The translations under genes were made by a program, and so were the position numbers. This document shows, one piece after another, positions 57,876-64,000 of a stretch of DNA of 64,000 nt. The DNA is from the human T2T-CHM13v2.0 reference genome, Homo sapiens: assembly GCF_009914755.1 (NCBI RefSeq), contig NC_060926.1; one strand, given 5' to 3'. The notes beneath the pieces are model-generated. The model ran no database searches. It saw only the letters and a list, made by a program, of their open reading frames with translations, and had not been told where the DNA came from. How positions within the stretch are numbered: the stretch's first letter is position 1; every line of letters starts with the position of its first letter.

Positions 57876-58473
57876 CTCCATGTGTGTTTATGTATGAGGC
57901 AGTTGATATGAAGCAATTTGGGCAGACAGACCTAAATTTAGTTCTCAATTTATGCCACACAAATGTCGACAGGCTTTAATTTTAAAGGTGGACCATGGTT
58001 TTATGTGTATGATTAAGCCTATAAAAAATACTGACTATGTAGTTTGTATTTTCCTTTTGGTAATTTTTCTATAGGAGCATTTGGGACACAATAGCCAGCT
58101 GTTATTTAGCCAGCTCTACACCAGTTCCAGTACTGACAGGGAAAAAAGATGTTTGAAAATAAATACATAGTCCAAAATCTTCTCGTGGCCCAATTGTTCA
58201 GAATCTATGCAGGATTATGAAAGTCTTACTTTCAAATCACGTGACCTGGAATTCCATCCCTCAGTAACAATTTGGTTGCAACTTTCTCAACTTTCTCCTG
58301 AAAGACTTCTTTGATGCCCCACCACTCCCCTCAACCCCACATCCTCATCCTCTGCACCAACATTGACTGTGTTGCTCTCTTTCTCCCAACCACTCGTTGA
58401 CTCCATTTTTCCATACTTATTGTTTATATGGCTTTCCTGCATTTCATTTGGAAATTTTCCAAGGGCAGGGACT

Positions 58474-58829
58474 TGTCTTAGTCTGTTCAGGCTGCTAGAA
58501 CAAAATACTATCAACTAGATAGCTTATACGTGACAGAAATTTATTTCTCACAGTTCTGGAGACTGGGAAGTCCAAGATCAAGATACCAACAGATTTGATG
58601 TCTGGTAAGGACCTGCATTTTGGTTTCATAGGTGGCACTGTCTTGGTGTGTCTTCACATGGTATAAGGGGTTAGCTCTGGGTTCTCTTTTATGAGGGCAC
58701 TAATCCCATTCATGAAGGCACCACCCTTATGACTTTATTATCTCCCTGTGACCCCATATGATGATGGTATCTTGGTGATTAGGTTTCAATATATGAAGTT
58801 GGGGGACACAGACATTCCGAAAATAGCCA
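58474..58829 (-). mobile_element. MaLR solo LTR (MLT1A/MLT1A0-like)
   Basis: tgtcttagtctgttcaggctgct...atttctcacagttctggagactgggaagtccaagatcaag...gggcactaatcccattcatg...gggggacacagacattc. Confidence 0.9.
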
Positions 58830-59741
58830 GACTCTCATTTATCTAAAATGATCACCGGACACAGAAGATATGAAAGTATATATCTACATATCTTGTGACT
58901 TAGGACTTCCCTGGTATGAGTTGTGGAGAAAAGACTCATTAAAAATGAGGCAAGAGATACCATACTTTTAATGGCACCTTGTGAAATTCCTTTATTCCTC
59001 CCATGGAGGCCCACTTTTGAGATTCTATTCTAGGTTTCACTCACATAATTAGCAACTGTTGTTACAAATAGAAAGAATCCTTGGTACTCTGGAGTGTATT
59101 CAAGCATTGAAGGAAAAACTTTTTAAATAAAGCAACTTGTCTGATGGGCAAGGTCATTTTATTTTCACAATGTATAATAGGAAAATCCTTTGAAATCCTA
59201 GTAATAGAGTCTCCCTTATTTCTACAAATGGAAAGTTGGTAGTATGTAGAAATGTACAATGTCAATTCAGGACAAGTTTTCTGAAGTTAACTTCTGCCAA
59301 AATTTGGGAAATAAGAAAATTTGGCTATTGTACAAACAAAACTCTAGAGAAGAGACAACATAACAGGACTAGATAATGATATTTCTGCAAATGGATAATT
59401 AGGGATTTCAGAGGGTGAAGAATATTTACATTCCAGGGAAGGCATGAAACCTTTAAGGGCTTTTACAAAAACAAACAAAGCATAGAAAAAACCTGGACCC
59501 ATGAAAGATAAACAGCTTCAGTGTATTTCTACCAGGAAAACATTTCATTTCATTACTCAAAAGTACCCCCTCGACATATATATGTATGAATGAATGATAC
59601 TACTTTGTTGTTGTTAGCAAGAAATGTGTTTATTCTTCTAGTTTTTATATCTGTCACAAGTGAGGTATACTGAATACTTTTTTTCTTAAGAAACATTTCT
59701 GATTTTCTTAAATGTGGAAATAGAAGAAAACAGTCACTTGG

Positions 59742-60258
59742 TGAGAGCAGCAGGAGGCAGCTAAATGTCTAGGCAGATAGGGACGTGTCCCTAGTGAAAC
59801 CCTACCTCCAAAGCCTGTCATCAGCTGTCATTAGCTTGAAAGCCAAGCTAAAAGTTACGTCCTTGGACCAGATTGAGAACTCATCTTCCTGCTTGGCATG
59901 CTTTCCCCTGATTGATCCCCACCCTTCACCTTTTTTATATTTATATACCCTTTCCTAATTGGTCTTCTACTCTGTCATGCCCACCTTTGAGTGGTGTCTT
60001 TGCTTTGACCCTTTTTGCCTACTCACAAGCCAATCAGCATGCACTCTGAGTCCATAAGAGGCCCCAGACCTAGCCAGATGGGGGACTTTCTCACCATCGA
60101 GTAGGGGACCCTGTGCCCCAGTTTCCTTCTTTGCTGAGAGCTTTCCTTTTGCTTCATAAATTCTCAACTCACTCTCTGGTGTGTGTGTGCCTAATTCTTC
60201 CTGGTTGTGAGACAAGAACTTGGACCTAGCTAAGCTAAGGTGCAGAAAGACCACAACA
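59742..60258 (+). mobile_element. ERV1-class solo LTR (LTR27/LTR28/MER61-like; subfamily uncertain)
   Basis: TG...CA termini, near-identical 4-bp flanks ttgg/ctgg, agccaatcagc CCAAT box, gctgagagc...ataaa, ttcttcctggttgtgagacaagaac. Confidence 0.85.
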
Positions 60259-62983
60259 CTGGGAAGGCAGATGGTGAAAGAGATAAGAATAGGTCCTAAT
60301 AATTCCACAGAGAGAGTAATCTGCTTGGTAAATCAAAAGAACTGAGCAAAATATTTAGAATACACACGTTTTTGTAGATATAGAATTGAAGCTTCCAGAG
60401 TGTTCCAAAGATTTCTCATTCACTAATCTAAAACTTAGAGTGCTAGTCAGAAGAGGAATCTTACTTTTCTCCTTTGTGTCTAAGCAACATGGACAAATCA
60501 GACTAACCTGAGTTAGAAACAACCAATTTAAAGAATGCAAATATAAAGTGATAATTGGGAGAGAGAGGTGGTTATTAATTTATCAAAATTGTCATTTGGT
60601 TGACTACATTGATCAGATAGCCAGTCAAATAAATTTCTTCCTTTAGATATTTAAATAAAAGCATTCTCATTTTCATTGGATATAAGCCAAAAAGAAAAAG
60701 AAGATAATTTTTTGAGTTAATATTTAGATTGTTTATGATATTGATATATAGGCCACACACACTCTTAAATATGAACAAAGATAAAAGTATGCCATCTTAT
60801 TGTCAAGAATATTTCTAGCTTTGAACAGCCTGTAATTTCTAGTTTTCCTAAATTATAGAAGTTTATGAACTATGAGAGACCTTCTTTTTAACTTGTAACA
60901 ATTACCTTTGCATTAAAAATTGTTAGATGCTTTGTGTCCCCTTTTTATATTAAGTATTTTAAAAATCCTAATTCATGAAAGACGGAATAGTACAAACAGA
61001 ATATTTAACCAAAATATGGAAAACTGACAAAGGAACATATATTTACCTATTAATTTGATTAAATTTTATGCAGTACTGGATTACAAATATTAATTTTTAA
61101 ATTAGAAGATGAAATATAAGAATGCATTAGTGAAGTTAAATGTTGCTTTGTGAAGGTTTTCTTACAGTTTATCAGGATCTAGGGAAAATATAGAAATGTA
61201 TTTACTGGGTCATGATGTGAAATATATTTCTTGCTGAGAGTCACAGTCAAAGTTTAAGAGTCAATGTAATTGTGTTACAATGTAACATACTCTGAAGATG
61301 CTGGTTTCTAGGCTTGTTGTACATAAAATTCTATAATGAGATGGGAAAATAACCAAATCAGCCTCTTATATCAGACATTTGTAAACAGTGAGACAACACC
61401 TCATCAGATTTTTTATTGAAGTGTTAATAGCCTTTGGCAGAAAAAAGATACTATACTAAGCAGAAAAATATGACAGAGTTTTGAAGTGTATAATTTATTT
61501 TGTTACTCATACGCTATCATTCTTTTATGTAATGTTTTGACAAATTAGAAAAAATAATTTAGAAAAATTCTGCAGATAATATGACTCACATCTTTCATCA
61601 ATTTCTCCAAGCATCTGCTACTTAAGAGCCATATGGTTAAACAGAAGTCACAGGTTCCCGTTGCCATCACAAGCATTGGAGGAACTTCAAATCCATGAAA
61701 ATGTTATTTAAATGCCCTACATAGATTAGAAACCTCAGCTCATGTCAGAAGAATATCCAGTGTTGCATGATGTGCTCTATCATACTTGAAAATTTAACTA
61801 GTCGCTGAAAGTTAATTGGAATTTATCTGCATCCATTTAAAAGATACATTAATTAGAGTGATGAATGATAAATTATAATTCAGATATTGAATCCAATTAT
61901 GGAGGATCTATAGTTATTGAAATAGTGATCTGAAACATACACAGAGACACAGTACATATACCATTATAAAATTTACAGGGCTATATTAATTATTTTTATG
62001 TGGACATTGATATTTGGATACCAACAGATATAGCGAACCATGGCAAACCTTTTGTTTATATTTTCTAAATTTAGATACTACCCTAGCTACTCCGATCCTT
62101 ACCCAGGGTATACATCTTTGACTCAATTTTGCCTATGAGAAAATAAAGCAAAATATGTTACAAATTATTAATATAATTAAGAATGAAAAAAATGTTTGGA
62201 GCTGGAATGAGACTCAACATCTAAAATTGAGTTTCTGAAATAAATTACTTGACAAAAAAATCAGAACTTATGAAGGATATGGGAAAATACTGCTTTTTCT
62301 AAGTTACTGTAAAATAGATTTTTGTTTTGAAAGCCCAAGTAAAACTGATCTGATCAAAAGTCAAGTGATGAGAGAAATTTGGACAGATGAGTAGATGGAT
62401 GTAGGTATGCGTTAATAATAGCCTTCTTTTTCTATTAGGTAACACACATAATTAATAATAATAATGACAGAATACATTCCTAAAGCACATTCAACATAAC
62501 CACAAATGCACTCACTATTGATCTAAAGTAATTGTGATGAACTTAATTACATTCTAGATTTAAAAGACTTGCTAACAAATTTCATCACTTGAAAAGGATT
62601 CTAACCCCTTTGGAGAATTTCAACTTCCTTTCACTTAAGAGACTTCAGTGCAAAGCACAGAAAATGAAATGTTAAACCAAGATATAGTACATAGACATAA
62701 AAAAGGCAGGAGCAATACCAAATGTGATGTTCATAATAAGGTAACAGGAATGTGCCATATGCCATTAAGAAATAAACACTTGAAACATAACTTAATCCAT
62801 GTTTTAAATGAATCCTAGGTAAAGGGGAGATTTTTTATGATGAATGGTTATTTTATGAACATTACCAAGGTTTAGTAGTTACTACCTATGTATATATTCA
62901 AACATATATATGTAAAAAAAAGTCAGAACTGACGTGTGTGTGTGCATATATATACATACACGCACAAACACATAAGTTCTGAC

Positions 62984-62988
<5 letters not shown>

Positions 62989-63016
<28 letters not shown>
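62989..63016. repeat. (CA)n microsatellite
   Basis: Read directly. Confidence 0.95.
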
Positions 63017-63018
<2 letters not shown>

Positions 63019-64000
63019 CTGCATTCATCCAAATAATTGTGTGCCATTACTGTAGAAACTTTAGTTGACCCAAAGTGATTCTGACACAGACTTTTTCCTA
63101 CTGCCCATGTCAACCACCAGTTTGAAGCAAAATTCACACACGATAATATTTCTTGGGTTTTCTCTCTACTTTCTTGTTTCCAATATCACTCTCCCAATTC
63201 CAACTTGCTTTATCTCCATCCTAGTCTAGCTCAATCTACTTCTGTCTCAAGTTTTTCTCTTCCCTACTCCCTATGAGAATTTAGACAATTAGTACCTAGA
63301 TTTAAGCCGTAACTAAGGCATTGTCTTCATAAGACCCTTCAGTGGCCTTCCCAGTTAAGCACAACCCCTTCTCGCTAATAACATGTTCAATTTGCCCTTC
63401 ACCTTCACATCCTAATGGTCAACTCATATTCTAAACTTCCATCAGTATAGAATGTTTACAGTTCATTTTGAACAGATTTTAAATTTGTTGCAAGTTGTGT
63501 GTTTTTGCCCAGACTGCATGTTCTTATATTGGAAGGTCCTTAGTTTGTCAAAATTAAATCTGATTTTAAAATCTCAAATACAGTTTGCTTTATGAAGTTT
63601 CTTTCTGGATCCTTTATTGGAAGATTAGCTTTTCTTTTTTTCTCTAAATCTCACAGCCTCTTATTTTTACTTCTTTTAAGGTACTTATGTAGTTTTTCAA
63701 TACAGTGGAGATTCATCATACAATATATTTAAATGATGAACAGTCACTTAAACGTATCAGACATTAACAACAGGAATGAGGCTTTGTGGCTTTTTTCAAT
63801 TCAATTTTTATTTTGTGTTTCGTCTTGTTGTTTGTTTCTTTTTGGGATAAAAAGACTCTGTAAACAAGCCAACAACCTCATCTGGGATTCACCCAAAGGA
63901 ACAGTATTATGCCCAAAAGAAAATGGCCTACACTGAACTAAGAGACAGTGTAACACACACAGAGCCGTGTATACAGAAGCTCACGGGAAATTTACAAAAT

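Noticed and set aside
59885-59905. Possible p53 element in the ERV1 LTR (TGGCATGCTT)
   Set aside because: Only one imperfect half-site, with no adjacent second decamer

Overview
This is AT-rich primate genomic DNA. AluY-type elements are present, so it is catarrhine, most likely human or ape. It is intronic or intergenic. I found no intact protein-coding gene, tRNA, rRNA or CRISPR array, and I could not identify the locus. The ORF track consists of Alu, L1 and microsatellite translations or chance ORFs. The window is dominated by interspersed repeats: about 17 Alu/FLAM/FRAM copies, one full-length decayed L1PA (36367-42853) that inserted into the middle of an AluJ, older L1, L2 and L3 fragments, MIRs, MaLR and ERV1 LTRs, MER5A and MER58B. 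It also holds a ~190-nt (CTT)n(CTC)n tract and an ~800-bp AT-rich minisatellite. The most informative non-repeat segment is a block of about 4.6 kb (53.8-58.5 kb) with no recognisable interspersed repeat and locally retained CpGs. It carries a C/EBP + ISRE/EICE + E2F + ETS motif cluster next to a minus-strand splice donor, and a plus-strand candidate exon ending in GCCATG|GT. This pattern suggests a possible divergent promoter region with an antisense spliced transcript. The sequence alone does not support a previously undescribed biological system, so the findings below are testable leads. Repeat family and subfamily names come from recalled consensus sequences and need RepeatMasker/Dfam confirmation. 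Boundaries of old repeats are approximate.
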